DNA of 56,389 nt, from the IMG/VR virus record IMGVR_UViG_3300035183_000021, positions 1 through 56,389 of that record. One strand, 5' to 3'. Both the position numbers and the translations under genes were made by a program. Shown here in pieces: positions 26,228-37,077 of the stretch (position 1 is its first letter; every line of letters begins with the position of its first letter). Source of the stretch: a virus. Lineage: Duplodnaviria > Caudoviricetes. Below the pieces are notes generated by a model that saw only the letters and a program-made list of their open reading frames with translations, did no database searches and was not told the DNA's origin.

Positions 26228-29200
26228 ATGGCCAAGGCAGGACTTTCCTTCGCTAACCCTTTCATGGAAAAGATGAATGTGGGGGAGATGCCGAACCCCT
26301 ATGATTCATTTACTCCACTCACTCCTCCCGCGAATATCGGCCTAGGGAACCTAGGTCCTTCTCTTGCTGACATGGCGGCACTAGGGGAGGCGCTTACCAA
26401 GCAAAGCCAGTTCACTATGCCGGAGATGCGCCAGCCGACTGTTACTCCTAGTCCGGCTATTGCATACAGCCCGTCTCGCAATGAACTGTTTGTTCAAGGT
26501 GTTACATTCCCCGTTGATGATGCAGCAACGGCTCTAAAAACCGAAAGCCTACTGAACAACCCAAGCACTGGAATTCCAGCAGGGGGCGACTGGCAGCCAT
26601 TAGATGTAAACGCATATCGGCAGTGGCTAGGAACTATCCGCAATCCAAGTCTTGGAAACTTATTTGCTAAAAACTTCGGGCGTGGTGTTGATGAGCTACA
26701 GATGCTTGGTGGCCGCTTCCTCCAGTGGTTGGGAGCTGAAAACTTAGGCAGCCGCATTGTCAAGGCGCAAGAAGAAGACCTCGCCCGCACTGCGCCGTTT
26801 GATCGTCGGTTTGCCGATATTAACTCTGGTCGTGATGCTGTTGAGTGGTTCGTAGCCAACCTCGCCCAACAAGGACCTAACCTGCTTGAATCAATCGCCA
26901 CAGCTCTCGGTTCGTTTGCTATCGGTACGGCTGCGGGTGGTCCACTTGTAGGGGCAGGTGCCGCGTTGGCGGGGCTTGCAGGAAAGTCCGCGTTCAAGCA
27001 AGCCGTTACCGCTGCGGCGCGGAAATACGCGGCTGGCGAAACGCTCAACGCCGCCGAATATAAATTACTCCGTGAAGCTGCTGGGCTAGCAGGCGTAGCC
27101 GCTGGAATGACGGCGCATAACGTCGGTATAGGTATTGCCGATACCTATGGTGAATTACGAGAGCAAGGAGCCAGCGCTGACGATAATACCGCCCGTTTGA
27201 AGGCTCTCGCTTGGTCTATGCCCTACGGCGCGTTAGAACTCCTACCTGAGTTCGCACTGGCTGCACGTGTATTTGGTAATGTGCTAGCTCGCTCCGCGCT
27301 CCCTGCTGGTACCTCCCTCTTACGCCGTGGCGCTGAAATGGCGCGTCGTGCTGGTGTCGGGCTTACTGTGGGTGGTGCTGCTGAAGGTACTGTAGAACTA
27401 GGACAAGAAGCTATTCTGCTGAAGGCTTCGGACCAGGATTTCTCGTCACCCGAGAACATCAATCGTTTGGTTGAATCGTTTGCTGCGGGCTTCGGTGTGG
27501 GTGGCCCCATTGGTGCTGCTGCTCACTTGCGCAGTAACCATCCTACGAACTTGCTAAATCCTGCTCAATCGCCTGAGCCGCCTACTGGTCGTAATTTGAT
27601 CGTACCCCCAGGGAATAGCCCGACTCCGAGCGCAGGTCCTAGTACTGCGGTACAGCCGTACTATACCCCTGCGACCTCAATAGAGGTAATGCCTTCCCCT
27701 CCTGAACAACTGACTGGTCCTCTTACTGCCCCGCAGCTTCCGGCCCCTGTTTCGCCGGTGGAACCGATGGGCGGCCCACAGATTATGGTAACGCCAGAAG
27801 GCGTAGCTTATCCCGATCAAATGCTGCGCCAGCACGGCAACGTCCCTCCCAGCGCACCTGGTACCCAAGGTGTGCTCAACATCTTCGGTGGGCAGATTTC
27901 TGCGCAAGAACTAGCTTCGCGGATGCAACCAACTGTTTTTGAGAATCAATCTCCAACGTTAACTCAGACAGTGGTAACTGATCCGCGTCAAGGAGCGCTT
28001 CAGTTTTCGGAACCTGTATCTACTGAGCAATTCAACACTCAGCAAACGCAAATACAACAGCAGGTTCCCATTCAGCAACAACTTGACGTACTTGCACAGC
28101 AACAAGCGCTTGCGCCCCAGGAACAAGAAATAGACAGCGCTTCGATGCCGATGCGCCAAGTGGGGCCAACGCAGCCTGTGCAATTACCTCTATTCTCGCG
28201 CCGCCAGGCTCCTCGTCCGAGCCGTGCAGAAGGGTTGCGTCGTGGTATTGGTACGAGGCTGGTAGAACCCACTATCGAAACCCCGCAAACAGTGGTTTCG
28301 TCTCCTACGCAGCTTCCGCTGTTCACCCAAGAAGGTGAACCGTCTCTCCCCGCGCTTCGTGCTGCGGGGGTAAAAACCAAACTGCCGCCTACACCGCTTG
28401 CGCAACCGAGTACCAAACAACGTTCCAAGCGGGGGCTCAAAAAGCAGGCTGGTGTCGCTGAAGTCAATATTGTTCCGCAGGAGGTCCCCTATGCCATTCA
28501 AGAGCAAAGCCCAACGCCGATTCCTGCACGCCAAGTACCCGAAACTGGCAATGGAGTGGGAGCGGAAATACCCACCGAGCAAAAACCTGCCAGAAAGGGT
28601 GAGGCCCTCAAAACAAAAGCCAAAGAGCGGCAAGTAGCGCCCGAAGCTCCGCCTGCGGCGGTAGTGCTGAAGAAAGGTCAACCGACTGAGACGAAGCAAG
28701 CTGCGCCTGCGGCAGAAGCACTGAAGAAAGGTCAACCGACTGAGACGAAGCAAGCTGCGCCTGCGGCAGAAACACTGAGGAAAGGACGGCGTACTAGCAC
28801 AAAGCAGACTACGCCTAAGGCTGAGCCTTTGAAAAAAGGCCAATCCGCCACCATGACGAGGGAAGAGCAGCTTGCTGAGGCTGGCCGACAGTGGGAAGAG
28901 TACGCAGACCCCGACACTCAGCCGAAGTGGGCCGAACTCACCAATGAACAAAAAGAGCAGTGGCGGAAAATTGTTGTTGACGAGCGTAAGCCTACCATTG
29001 CTGCGGCTGAGGAAATCGCCCCGCCGAAGAAACCGGAAGCAGTAAGAACTACTGCACAGGCTGAACAGACTGCGGAAACGGTTTCTCCCAAAGAGGAATC
29101 TGAACCCACACCAGCCAAGATACTAGAGGATGAGATCGCCGCCGCAGAGGAAGCTACGGACATTCGCACGTTTAAGGATGCCATTCAGACTGTCATCCAC

Positions 29201-32200
29201 TACGCTTTCTTTGCTGGCGAAGACACCAATGTCAAGAAGTTGGCGGACAGGGCTCGTGCCTTCCTTAACAATACGCAGTTCTCCGATACGCAGCAAGCTG
29301 CGATGGATGAGGCATTCCTGGAGGCGGCGAACTATGAGACGCAGCTTGAGGCTGTGTACAAGGGCGGTTCTCGTAAAGGGCAGATGAAGCCTTGGTTCTC
29401 CTATGCTGTGTCTCGTGGGCTACTGCCTAGCATCAAGGCGCGCATTATCAATCTGCCTTCAGAATACAAGACGCAGATGGAAGCGAAGTCTGTGGCAAGC
29501 GAACAGGCTCCGACCAAATCTACTGAATCTAGCATTGAAAAAATAACGGAAACGCCTGAAGCATTATTGGGTGAACTGATCAACGACCTCATTACTCGTG
29601 TTCGTGAGTACGACAGCCTAAAGAAAAAAGTTGCTTTTCGTGGCAAAACTTATACCAACCTAGTGGCGCTTGCCAAAGAACTCTACGCTAAGACAAGCGA
29701 ACAAGGAAAGAACTACATCGTCCGTGGTCATAAGCTACGTGAGTACTTCAAAGCTGACGGCTCTCCGAAACTGCTCAAGTCCGACGAGCGGTATATCATC
29801 ACTACCCAAGAGCTAACTACTGAGCAACAGCGCGCGTTGGAGCGAGAACAGAAAGCTGAAGCAAAAGCGATAGCGGCAGAATATTTGATCGCTGAACGTG
29901 AACGCGCGCGTCTTGAACAGGAAGGATTTAAGGTCGAAGACGCTTGGGATGATCCCGACGGTATGTTCTATCGGGATAATGGGACTGAGATCAAATCTAC
30001 GATCCCCCCCGGTCGGGTGCGTTTGTTGGTCAAGAGCTTCCTAAACAAGCTACGTATCAAGCCTAACGTATACATCTACGCCAACGTCGCTGATCTCAAA
30101 CGCCGCAACCCTGACTTGTATCGCCGTGCCGCTACTGCCCGCAAAGAGGGGGACTTCGACACAACCAACGCAGTGGGCTATTCGTTCGGTCCCAACGTAA
30201 TCATCTTCACGGATTTCGTTCGTACCGAGCAGCAGCTCAAGTTCGTCCTGGCACATGAAACGTTAGGGCACTTCGGCTTTAGAAGCATCGTATCCAAGAA
30301 AGACCTAGACGCGGTGCTTAATCGCATCTACAACGCTGATCCAGATATACAGGCGGCAGTGGACGCGATGGTCACCAATCGCGGCATGTCCAAACTGGAA
30401 GCAATTGAAGAATATCTGGCCGACAATGCCGCTGACCTGGATACGTCCATCATTGCCCGTATCTGGAATGTAGTGAAGAACTTCCTCAACAAGCTAGGGT
30501 TCACGTTCCAGGACGACGAGGCTCGCTACTTTATCAATCTGGCGCGCAAGTACGTGCGCCGGGGCGATGTGGGGCACTTCGTCAATGCTCGGTCCATCGT
30601 TGGCGATCTCGAAGCACTCAGACAAGATCAGATCGCCGGTCGCTATGCTCGGGTCTCCGCTGGAGATATGGGGTCGCGGCTATTCGCCGCCGGGGCGCTC
30701 AACCGTCGCTTTAGGAATACGGGCGGCCTCTATGGCGCGATGGAAGCCTTCGCTAAGGGGGTGTTCGGTGCTCGTCATGATGTGCCCGGCGTTGTTGCGC
30801 GCCTCCTTGAACAGGTCCAAACGCTGGATCACAAGGCTCGTCGTAGCTACGGTCTGAACCAAATCTACCGTCTTCTCGAAAAACAACAACATTTTGCTCG
30901 GGCGCTGCTGTCCAAATACCAGCGAATGACCGCTTTCACCCACTCGGTTGACCTGGGCTTCCTGAAGAAAGGCGTGACCGAGGCTGAGAAAGAACGCGCT
31001 GGTGAACTGCTAGCTCGTGCTGCGTTACTCCGTTCCGCGCAGGCTACTGATGAACTGATCAAGTCCTTTGGTCCACTAGTCACTGTGGACGACATGGGTA
31101 ATGTGATTGTTGACCCAGCCGTCCGCGCAGCTATTGAGCGTGCTGGTTTCGTCACTGCCGAGGAATTCCGCAAGGGCTTCGATATTACTTACTCAGACGG
31201 TAGCACGGTCCACTTCCAATACGACGTGGATGAAAACAGCCCTGAGTGGAAGGTTTATCTCGAAATACGCAATGCCGTAAACGAAGCCGCCATCGACCTG
31301 ATGCTATCTAACTACGAAGCCGCACAGGCCGAAACTAAGCGCGTGCTCAATGACCTGAACGCTAAGCGCCGTGGTACCAACGTCTTTACGGCTGAAGACC
31401 TTGCCGCTATCCGCAAGGTTGCTGCGATGTACCAGGCCAAGCGCTATGCAGGCAGTAGCGTGGCGAATGCTGGTGTGGAAATTAAGAGACAGGCTGAGAA
31501 AGACTCCGAGGAATTCCTGATTGCCTTTGGTCGTGCCTTGTTTAACGACGATGTGTTTGCAGCATGGATGAAAGACCCCAATGCCAAGCCCGCCATCGTC
31601 AAGGACATGGAGGAATTTCTCAAAGCTGAATACGACGACATCCGCGCTCAACTCCCGAGCCTGCGGGCCAAGGTCAAGAGCGAAGAGCAGTCGTTCCAGA
31701 TACAGAAAGCTATCCGCGACATATTCCTGTTTGATCTTCAGTCCAAGAACGCTGACTACTACGCCAAACGCACAATCCTTGGTTCCTACGTGCCGTTCTC
31801 TCGCCGTGGGTTTGAGCAGGTAAAACTGGTAGCGGTCGATGCTCGCGGAAATCCGGTAGCGTTGGACCCCAATATTCGCTCCGCGTTGCCCTACTTCCAG
31901 TTCAACTCTCGCCGCGAGGCTATGGCTGTTGCGGAAGAATTGGACAAGATATTTGGTGGTGACAACGAGTTCGTTCTGCTAGATGAAAACGGTAGCGAGG
32001 TTACTGTTCGTCTGAAAGCTGAAGTATCGCGTACCCGCCAGTCGCCTGACCTGAGCGAGGCTGTGAACTTCAACGAGTTCGTGTATGTGCTCAATCGTTT
32101 GAATGTGAATCTCTCGCCAGAAGCGCGGGAGCGAATCATCACTACTCTGACAGCTCAGAACGCCCGTGCTCGCCACAATTTGCAGCGCTCCGGTACCGAA

Positions 32201-34198
32201 GGGTGGGACAAAGATGTCGTGCGTTCCGTGTCTGAGTATCTGGAAACTACGGCCCATGTCGCTGCCAAGAAGCTGTTCCGTCACCGTCTTGACGATATTC
32301 TGTTGAACGACAGCTATTGGTTGGGGGACGACCAAAAACTGGCTGATTTGAAGGCTGCCGTCGAAAATGCCCAGACGGATGGGGAACGCGCCCGCGCCCA
32401 GCGTGCGTATGATGAATACGCCTATATGTATCGCTACATGAAAGGCGCGGCTGGGGAAAACACTGTTGTAATCGACGGTAAGGAAGTACCTACTCTCGGT
32501 CGTGGTGAAGACTACCGGGAAGAAGCCAAGCAAGTGCTCCGCTGGTATAGCGAGACGACCAACATCGCTGACTCGACCGAAGACCTTTTGTCGGGTGAAG
32601 TCGGTTCCAGACTCAAGCTCTTGACAGTGTTGATGCAATTGGGTGGTTCAGTCGCCACAGCCGTGGTTAACCTCTCGTCGTTAGTTACCCATGCACTTCC
32701 CTATCTGGCGTACTACAACCCGACTCGTGGATTCGGTGGGGGCTATGGTGAAGCCAAAGCCGCAGCCGCTTTGTGGAAAGCGGCTAAGGATGTGAAGAAT
32801 TTCAAACTGGCTGACCCCGCGTTCCTCGAACAAATACTACGTAACGGCACTTACGAGCGTTATGGGTTAACTGAAGACGAGGCTCAGTTCCTACTCGCCC
32901 AGACCGAAGAAGGTACCCTGCAAGCGGCTCAGTTCAACGCCCTGGTGGGCACCGCGCGTGGTAAGGTGTTCAACAACAAAGCGCAGGCTGCCGTTCAGGC
33001 GTGGATGTCCATGTTCTCCTACACCGAGCAGTTCAACCGCCGTGTTACGGCACTGGCTGCATATCGGTTAGAGAAGGACCGTCTCCGTGCGCAGGGTGTG
33101 ACAGACGAACAGCAACTTATTGACGCAGCTACCGAAGCCGCGCGCGTGGCCGTAAACACCTCGCAGGGTGAATACGCCATGTACAACCGCCCAGAGATGG
33201 CGCGCGGTAATGTGTTGCAATACGTCTTCATGTACAAGCAGTTCGTCATAATCACGGTGCAGTTGCTGCGGTCACTACCGCCTAAAGGCCAATTGCTCAT
33301 GCTGGGCTTTCTACTGTTGACTTCGGGATTGCGCGGACTGCCCTTCGCCGAAGACATCTTCGACATCGTAGATACCATCGCCCAGAAGCTGGGCCTGAAG
33401 ATGGCAAGCGTGGAGAAGGAGATCACCGAATGGCTAGACGCCGTTGCCCCTGGAATGACACCGTATGTGATGCGCGGCCTGCTTGACCGGGTGACTAGCG
33501 CTACGATTTCCACCCGGATGGGTATGGGCGATTTGGTGCCGCTAACAGGGGCGTTCAAAGCAGGTGCCGATCCGGCGAAAGAAATGGCCAACTTCGCGGG
33601 TCCAGTATTCGGGGGTATCTCTGGGCTGATCGGTATGGCGGGTAGCCTTGCTAGGTATGGCGCTGAAGCGATTGGCCTCCGAGACGACGTAACCTCGTTT
33701 AGCAGCATCATGCGCAATTCGCCTATTGCGGCTGTGCAGGCTATTGCCGACGGGCTTGCGTATCTCGACAGTGGGATGATTACCAACAACCGTGGACAGG
33801 TCATCTCCCGCGAAGCTCCGTATCATGTCATTCTTGCCCGGATGTTGGGCTTCTACCCTGCCATTGCTACAGAGCAGAACGACATCGTGCGCCTCTCCAA
33901 AGACGTAGCGAACTACGCTAAGGCGATTAAAGCAGAATTCGTTTCTGCATACGTGCAAGCCTCGCTCAATGGGGATAATGAACGTATGCAGAAAATCATC
34001 GCCGCCGTCGATCAATGGAATCGAGACGCCGAAGGCACTGGTCTGGAAATCAGCACATTCGTGCGGTCAGCTAACCGGGCCGCGTTGGAAGCGTCCCGTC
34101 CTACGGCGTTGCGGTATCTTAAAGCTGCACCGAAGCACGTGCGTCCCGAGACAGAGGAGCTACTCCGAATCCACGGGCTCGCAGACGAGATCAATTAA
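26228..34198 (+). CDS. Giant (2656 aa) ejected/polyvalent protein with zincin-like motif
   Basis: 'VLAHETLGH...AIEEYLAD' metallopeptidase-like motif, 'YVPFSRRG' (PLxRFG-like) and a helical C-terminal region; last gene of the structural arm. Confidence 0.75.
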   Translation: MAKAGLSFANPFMEKMNVGEMPNPYDSFTPLTPPANIGLGNLGPSLADMAALGEALTKQSQFTMPEMRQPTVTPSPAIAYSPSRNELFVQGVTFPVDDAATALKTESLLNNPSTGIPAGGDWQPLDVNAYRQWLGTIRNPSLGNLFAKNFGRGVDELQMLGGRFLQWLGAENLGSRIVKAQEEDLARTAPFDRRFADINSGRDAVEWFVANLAQQGPNLLESIATALGSFAIGTAAGGPLVGAGAALAGLAGKSAFKQAVTAAARKYAAGETLNAAEYKLLREAAGLAGVAAGMTAHNVGIGIADTYGELREQGASADDNTARLKALAWSMPYGALELLPEFALAARVFGNVLARSALPAGTSLLRRGAEMARRAGVGLTVGGAAEGTVELGQEAILLKASDQDFSSPENINRLVESFAAGFGVGGPIGAAAHLRSNHPTNLLNPAQSPEPPTGRNLIVPPGNSPTPSAGPSTAVQPYYTPATSIEVMPSPPEQLTGPLTAPQLPAPVSPVEPMGGPQIMVTPEGVAYPDQMLRQHGNVPPSAPGTQGVLNIFGGQISAQELASRMQPTVFENQSPTLTQTVVTDPRQGALQFSEPVSTEQFNTQQTQIQQQVPIQQQLDVLAQQQALAPQEQEIDSASMPMRQVGPTQPVQLPLFSRRQAPRPSRAEGLRRGIGTRLVEPTIETPQTVVSSPTQLPLFTQEGEPSLPALRAAGVKTKLPPTPLAQPSTKQRSKRGLKKQAGVAEVNIVPQEVPYAIQEQSPTPIPARQVPETGNGVGAEIPTEQKPARKGEALKTKAKERQVAPEAPPAAVVLKKGQPTETKQAAPAAEALKKGQPTETKQAAPAAETLRKGRRTSTKQTTPKAEPLKKGQSATMTREEQLAEAGRQWEEYADPDTQPKWAELTNEQKEQWRKIVVDERKPTIAAAEEIAPPKKPEAVRTTAQAEQTAETVSPKEESEPTPAKILEDEIAAAEEATDIRTFKDAIQTVIHYAFFAGEDTNVKKLADRARAFLNNTQFSDTQQAAMDEAFLEAANYETQLEAVYKGGSRKGQMKPWFSYAVSRGLLPSIKARIINLPSEYKTQMEAKSVASEQAPTKSTESSIEKITETPEALLGELINDLITRVREYDSLKKKVAFRGKTYTNLVALAKELYAKTSEQGKNYIVRGHKLREYFKADGSPKLLKSDERYIITTQELTTEQQRALEREQKAEAKAIAAEYLIAERERARLEQEGFKVEDAWDDPDGMFYRDNGTEIKSTIPPGRVRLLVKSFLNKLRIKPNVYIYANVADLKRRNPDLYRRAATARKEGDFDTTNAVGYSFGPNVIIFTDFVRTEQQLKFVLAHETLGHFGFRSIVSKKDLDAVLNRIYNADPDIQAAVDAMVTNRGMSKLEAIEEYLADNAADLDTSIIARIWNVVKNFLNKLGFTFQDDEARYFINLARKYVRRGDVGHFVNARSIVGDLEALRQDQIAGRYARVSAGDMGSRLFAAGALNRRFRNTGGLYGAMEAFAKGVFGARHDVPGVVARLLEQVQTLDHKARRSYGLNQIYRLLEKQQHFARALLSKYQRMTAFTHSVDLGFLKKGVTEAEKERAGELLARAALLRSAQATDELIKSFGPLVTVDDMGNVIVDPAVRAAIERAGFVTAEEFRKGFDITYSDGSTVHFQYDVDENSPEWKVYLEIRNAVNEAAIDLMLSNYEAAQAETKRVLNDLNAKRRGTNVFTAEDLAAIRKVAAMYQAKRYAGSSVANAGVEIKRQAEKDSEEFLIAFGRALFNDDVFAAWMKDPNAKPAIVKDMEEFLKAEYDDIRAQLPSLRAKVKSEEQSFQIQKAIRDIFLFDLQSKNADYYAKRTILGSYVPFSRRGFEQVKLVAVDARGNPVALDPNIRSALPYFQFNSRREAMAVAEELDKIFGGDNEFVLLDENGSEVTVRLKAEVSRTRQSPDLSEAVNFNEFVYVLNRLNVNLSPEARERIITTLTAQNARARHNLQRSGTEGWDKDVVRSVSEYLETTAHVAAKKLFRHRLDDILLNDSYWLGDDQKLADLKAAVENAQTDGERARAQRAYDEYAYMYRYMKGAAGENTVVIDGKEVPTLGRGEDYREEAKQVLRWYSETTNIADSTEDLLSGEVGSRLKLLTVLMQLGGSVATAVVNLSSLVTHALPYLAYYNPTRGFGGGYGEAKAAAALWKAAKDVKNFKLADPAFLEQILRNGTYERYGLTEDEAQFLLAQTEEGTLQAAQFNALVGTARGKVFNNKAQAAVQAWMSMFSYTEQFNRRVTALAAYRLEKDRLRAQGVTDEQQLIDAATEAARVAVNTSQGEYAMYNRPEMARGNVLQYVFMYKQFVIITVQLLRSLPPKGQLLMLGFLLLTSGLRGLPFAEDIFDIVDTIAQKLGLKMASVEKEITEWLDAVAPGMTPYVMRGLLDRVTSATISTRMGMGDLVPLTGAFKAGADPAKEMANFAGPVFGGISGLIGMAGSLARYGAEAIGLRDDVTSFSSIMRNSPIAAVQAIADGLAYLDSGMITNNRGQVISREAPYHVILARMLGFYPAIATEQNDIVRLSKDVANYAKAIKAEFVSAYVQASLNGDNERMQKIIAAVDQWNRDAEGTGLEISTFVRSANRAALEASRPTALRYLKAAPKHVRPETEELLRIHGLADEIN
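28491..28637 (+). CDS. 48-aa basic protein overprinted in the +1 frame of the giant gene
   Basis: AGGAGGT 5 nt before the ATG; MPFKSKAQRRFLHAKYPKLAMEWERKYPPSKNLPERV resembles a small phage protein family I recall. Confidence 0.65.
   Translation: MPFKSKAQRRFLHAKYPKLAMEWERKYPPSKNLPERVRPSKQKPKSGK
28667..28771 (+). repeat. 54-bp in-frame tandem duplication (LKKGQPTETKQAAPAAE x2)
   Basis: Identical DNA starting at 28667 and 28721. Confidence 0.9.
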
Positions 34199-37026
34199 AC
34201 CGCCTTCAACTGCCCATAGGCAAGGTTATCCAGAGCTTCGTCTGCGTCAGACAGTATCCCCTGCAAGCGCGGGTGGTTGAGGTTCAGACCAAGCACATAA
34301 GACTGACCGAGTTTGATTGGGGTATCCTTCGCCAGATAAGCCTTGTTTGATTTAGGCGTAGCGATGATACCCTCGCTAGCAAACTCATTGACGAATGTCT
34401 TATAGTCCGCGCCGCGCATCGCCAGCCAGCGCCGAAGGTGGGTACGGTCCAGCATGACAGTACCGTGCGTAATCGGATCAGCACTGGATTTGCGGTAGAA
34501 ATCGAAGCGCACCCGAACTTCTCCACGAGGTATGCGATTGTAGTCCATCGTGGGTTTCTGCGTGCCCGTGTGGAATATCTGCACCTGCATATCAGCAGTC
34601 TCGTTAAGGTATTCGGTCAATAGATCGAACGCATCCAGCTTGAACTCAGCCACGGTGCGACGGATCGCGCCTATTTGCGCCAGCACCCATTCAATACCCG
34701 GCTTGTGGTCATAGGCGATCAAACCCCATTCCCGTGCCAGTTTGCCAGCCAAATCTGCGAGGATGATAGCCTGTTCCCAATATCGTTCTTCACCCGAGAA
34801 GTGCGCCCTATATTCCCTGTGGAAGGTCTCAGTAGCTTGGGCAATGGTCGCACGGATACCGGTTTCACCTAACTCCAATAGCTTGGCGATGAAAGCTCGC
34901 CCGGCGAATCCGTAGTTACTGGTGATGAACTCGTAAATCTTACGTCCAGCAGTACTATCACGAGTGAAGATTGGACTAGGCGGAACAGAAACTTCAAGAA
35001 TCCGGGCCATCTGGGCGTCGGTATCCAGCCCACTCGCAATTAGCTTGGAGTTCAGAGATTTGTTGGTAGATACAATAACTGGCATCGCCCATGTCTTAGC
35101 GTCTCGCTCTTCGGCATTGCGGTTCAGCCGTGCTTTGTCTCTGCCTTGGCTCACCCAATAAGCGAAGTCACCCACTTCCTTGTCGTCCATCATGGTCACT
35201 TCGTCGATAGTCATGGGCATGTGGCAATATAACCCCATGCGGCTAAACAGCGTGTTCTGCGTGAACTTTGCCGCGAAGTGCAGCTTTTCTGGGTTGCCGT
35301 AAATGGACTGTATCCACATCTGCGCAAGCGTCTTCCCGCCGCCAGTGGGGCCGTAGAGCGAGACTATTAGTCCCTTCAGGCCGGTGAACGCATATAGTGG
35401 TGCAGAGAACCCAACTGTCAGTGCGAACATGTGGGCACGAAGATCGGCCTTTTCGAGCAGGGAAGTGAATTTCACCCAGGCATCAAGAGACCCTGCTGTA
35501 GTCCAGAGCTCGTTACCCAACCGTGCTGAGTTAGCAGCAAGGTTTATTGATTCTTCACTGGCAGTTCCATCAATATTGCGGCGCAGGATCGCATCACCAA
35601 TGACGAACTGTGAGAAGTTCTCCTTCCACCCCATCGTGGCGTACAGATTCGTCATGGCGCGTCTCTGCCGCAACTCTTCCATGTACGCGCGCAACATAGC
35701 TTGAAAATACCCCGTCTGTGTACGATTACTAAGTAGAATCCCTTGGTCGGCAATTACTATCGGGAAATCCCGATTCCCTTCAGCAAGAGTAGCTTGCCGC
35801 ATGACAAGTTCCTGCCAGCCGACATGTGGTCGATTCCAACAAAAGCGCACCGTCTCATACCCCAAACTTTCGTCTTTACCATACGACACAGGGTAGATGT
35901 CGAACTTGCACACATCAATGTCCGTTTCGTCGATGGTTATTTTGATACCATCGGTGGTGCGCTTGAATGGCTTCGGTAGGGGGATGCTTGTATCTACGGC
36001 TGGAGGAACACTTGAAGCAGGCGCAACTTCTAGATATTGCACTCCTAGCCGCGCTGGAGTACCCACTTTGTCTTTGAACTTGCAACCCCTACACCCGCCT
36101 GGGCGGAGTTCTTCAAATTTCCTACAGGTTGTTGGGCCTGTCGTCGCCTGTTTCCATTGTGCCAATTTGCGTAGCGTCTCATTGGCGTTGTGTCTAGGAT
36201 ACTGTTCCGACCATGCAATAGCGGTTGCCTCCGGGTCTTGACAATACGCCGCCACACCAAGCAGCGCATACCAGAAAGGTTCTTCTACTTCGCTCTGATT
36301 CTTCACGCCCCAATCAATCTGTTGGCACTTGGTAGCGACGACAACCGGGTTAGCTGGGGGGAAATCATGCTGCACCCGCAACGCTTGTGCCAGCCCACTG
36401 CTGGGCCGTTCCACGGGTTGGGTTGATATATACGCCGATAGGCTCGCCACCATCTGTTCGACAGGTATAGGCGGCGCGTCAATGAGCAGCTTTACCTTGG
36501 TACCACTTTTAGGATTGGTGGTACCCACAGGGCGCAGTACTCGGGCACTGTCCGCAGGAACAGCCGGGTCGATCTCGAATCCTTTGTCCTTGGCTGCTGC
36601 TTTCATCGCCTCAGCCAGCGGCTTCCATCGGGGTGGCTCCAGTTCTTCAGCCAACACCCAATAGACATGCAGCCCGTTGCCGGAGTGGACTACCATCGGC
36701 TTGGGTAGCCCCATCTGTTGAACGAACTTGCCTAGGGCCTGTAGCCCCTCTTTCCATGTAGGGAAGGGTTTGTTGTCCCCACAATCTACATCTAACGCAA
36801 TGACTTTCGTAGCACGAACGTTTTCCTGTTTCCGGCTTCCTTTTTCAATAAATGCTGAAATAGCGAAATAGGTGTTGTTGCCACGCTGGTCTAATGCGAC
36901 TATCGCTTTTGCGAGTTCTTCTACCGTAGCAAAGAATCCCTGTCGCCTACCGTCCGGGTTAATGACTGTGGTGACATAGAAACCTGTTGATGGTAGAACC
37001 CGCTGAAGGAAATTCAACGTGTCCAT
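34195..37026 (-). CDS. Primase-helicase (AEP/RepB-like primase with DUF927-type helicase)
   Basis: 'ALDVD', 'VHSGNGLHVYW', 'ARVLRPVGT', a Cys cluster, Walker A 'GPTGGGKT' and Walker B 'IDE'. Confidence 0.85.
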   Translation of the reverse strand: MDTLNFLQRVLPSTGFYVTTVINPDGRRQGFFATVEELAKAIVALDQRGNNTYFAISAFIEKGSRKQENVRATKVIALDVDCGDNKPFPTWKEGLQALGKFVQQMGLPKPMVVHSGNGLHVYWVLAEELEPPRWKPLAEAMKAAAKDKGFEIDPAVPADSARVLRPVGTTNPKSGTKVKLLIDAPPIPVEQMVASLSAYISTQPVERPSSGLAQALRVQHDFPPANPVVVATKCQQIDWGVKNQSEVEEPFWYALLGVAAYCQDPEATAIAWSEQYPRHNANETLRKLAQWKQATTGPTTCRKFEELRPGGCRGCKFKDKVGTPARLGVQYLEVAPASSVPPAVDTSIPLPKPFKRTTDGIKITIDETDIDVCKFDIYPVSYGKDESLGYETVRFCWNRPHVGWQELVMRQATLAEGNRDFPIVIADQGILLSNRTQTGYFQAMLRAYMEELRQRRAMTNLYATMGWKENFSQFVIGDAILRRNIDGTASEESINLAANSARLGNELWTTAGSLDAWVKFTSLLEKADLRAHMFALTVGFSAPLYAFTGLKGLIVSLYGPTGGGKTLAQMWIQSIYGNPEKLHFAAKFTQNTLFSRMGLYCHMPMTIDEVTMMDDKEVGDFAYWVSQGRDKARLNRNAEERDAKTWAMPVIVSTNKSLNSKLIASGLDTDAQMARILEVSVPPSPIFTRDSTAGRKIYEFITSNYGFAGRAFIAKLLELGETGIRATIAQATETFHREYRAHFSGEERYWEQAIILADLAGKLAREWGLIAYDHKPGIEWVLAQIGAIRRTVAEFKLDAFDLLTEYLNETADMQVQIFHTGTQKPTMDYNRIPRGEVRVRFDFYRKSSADPITHGTVMLDRTHLRRWLAMRGADYKTFVNEFASEGIIATPKSNKAYLAKDTPIKLGQSYVLGLNLNHPRLQGILSDADEALDNLAYGQLKAV

Positions 37027-37042
37027 TGTGCCCCTGCATTTA

Positions 37043-37064
37043 GCGGGGAGGGTTGCCCCTCCCC
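37043..37064. promoter_or_regulatory. Strong GC hairpin in the primase leader
   Basis: CGGGGAGGG / CCCTCCCCG inverted repeat; role unknown. Confidence 0.4.
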
Positions 37065-37077
37065 GTTATCCTGTTAT

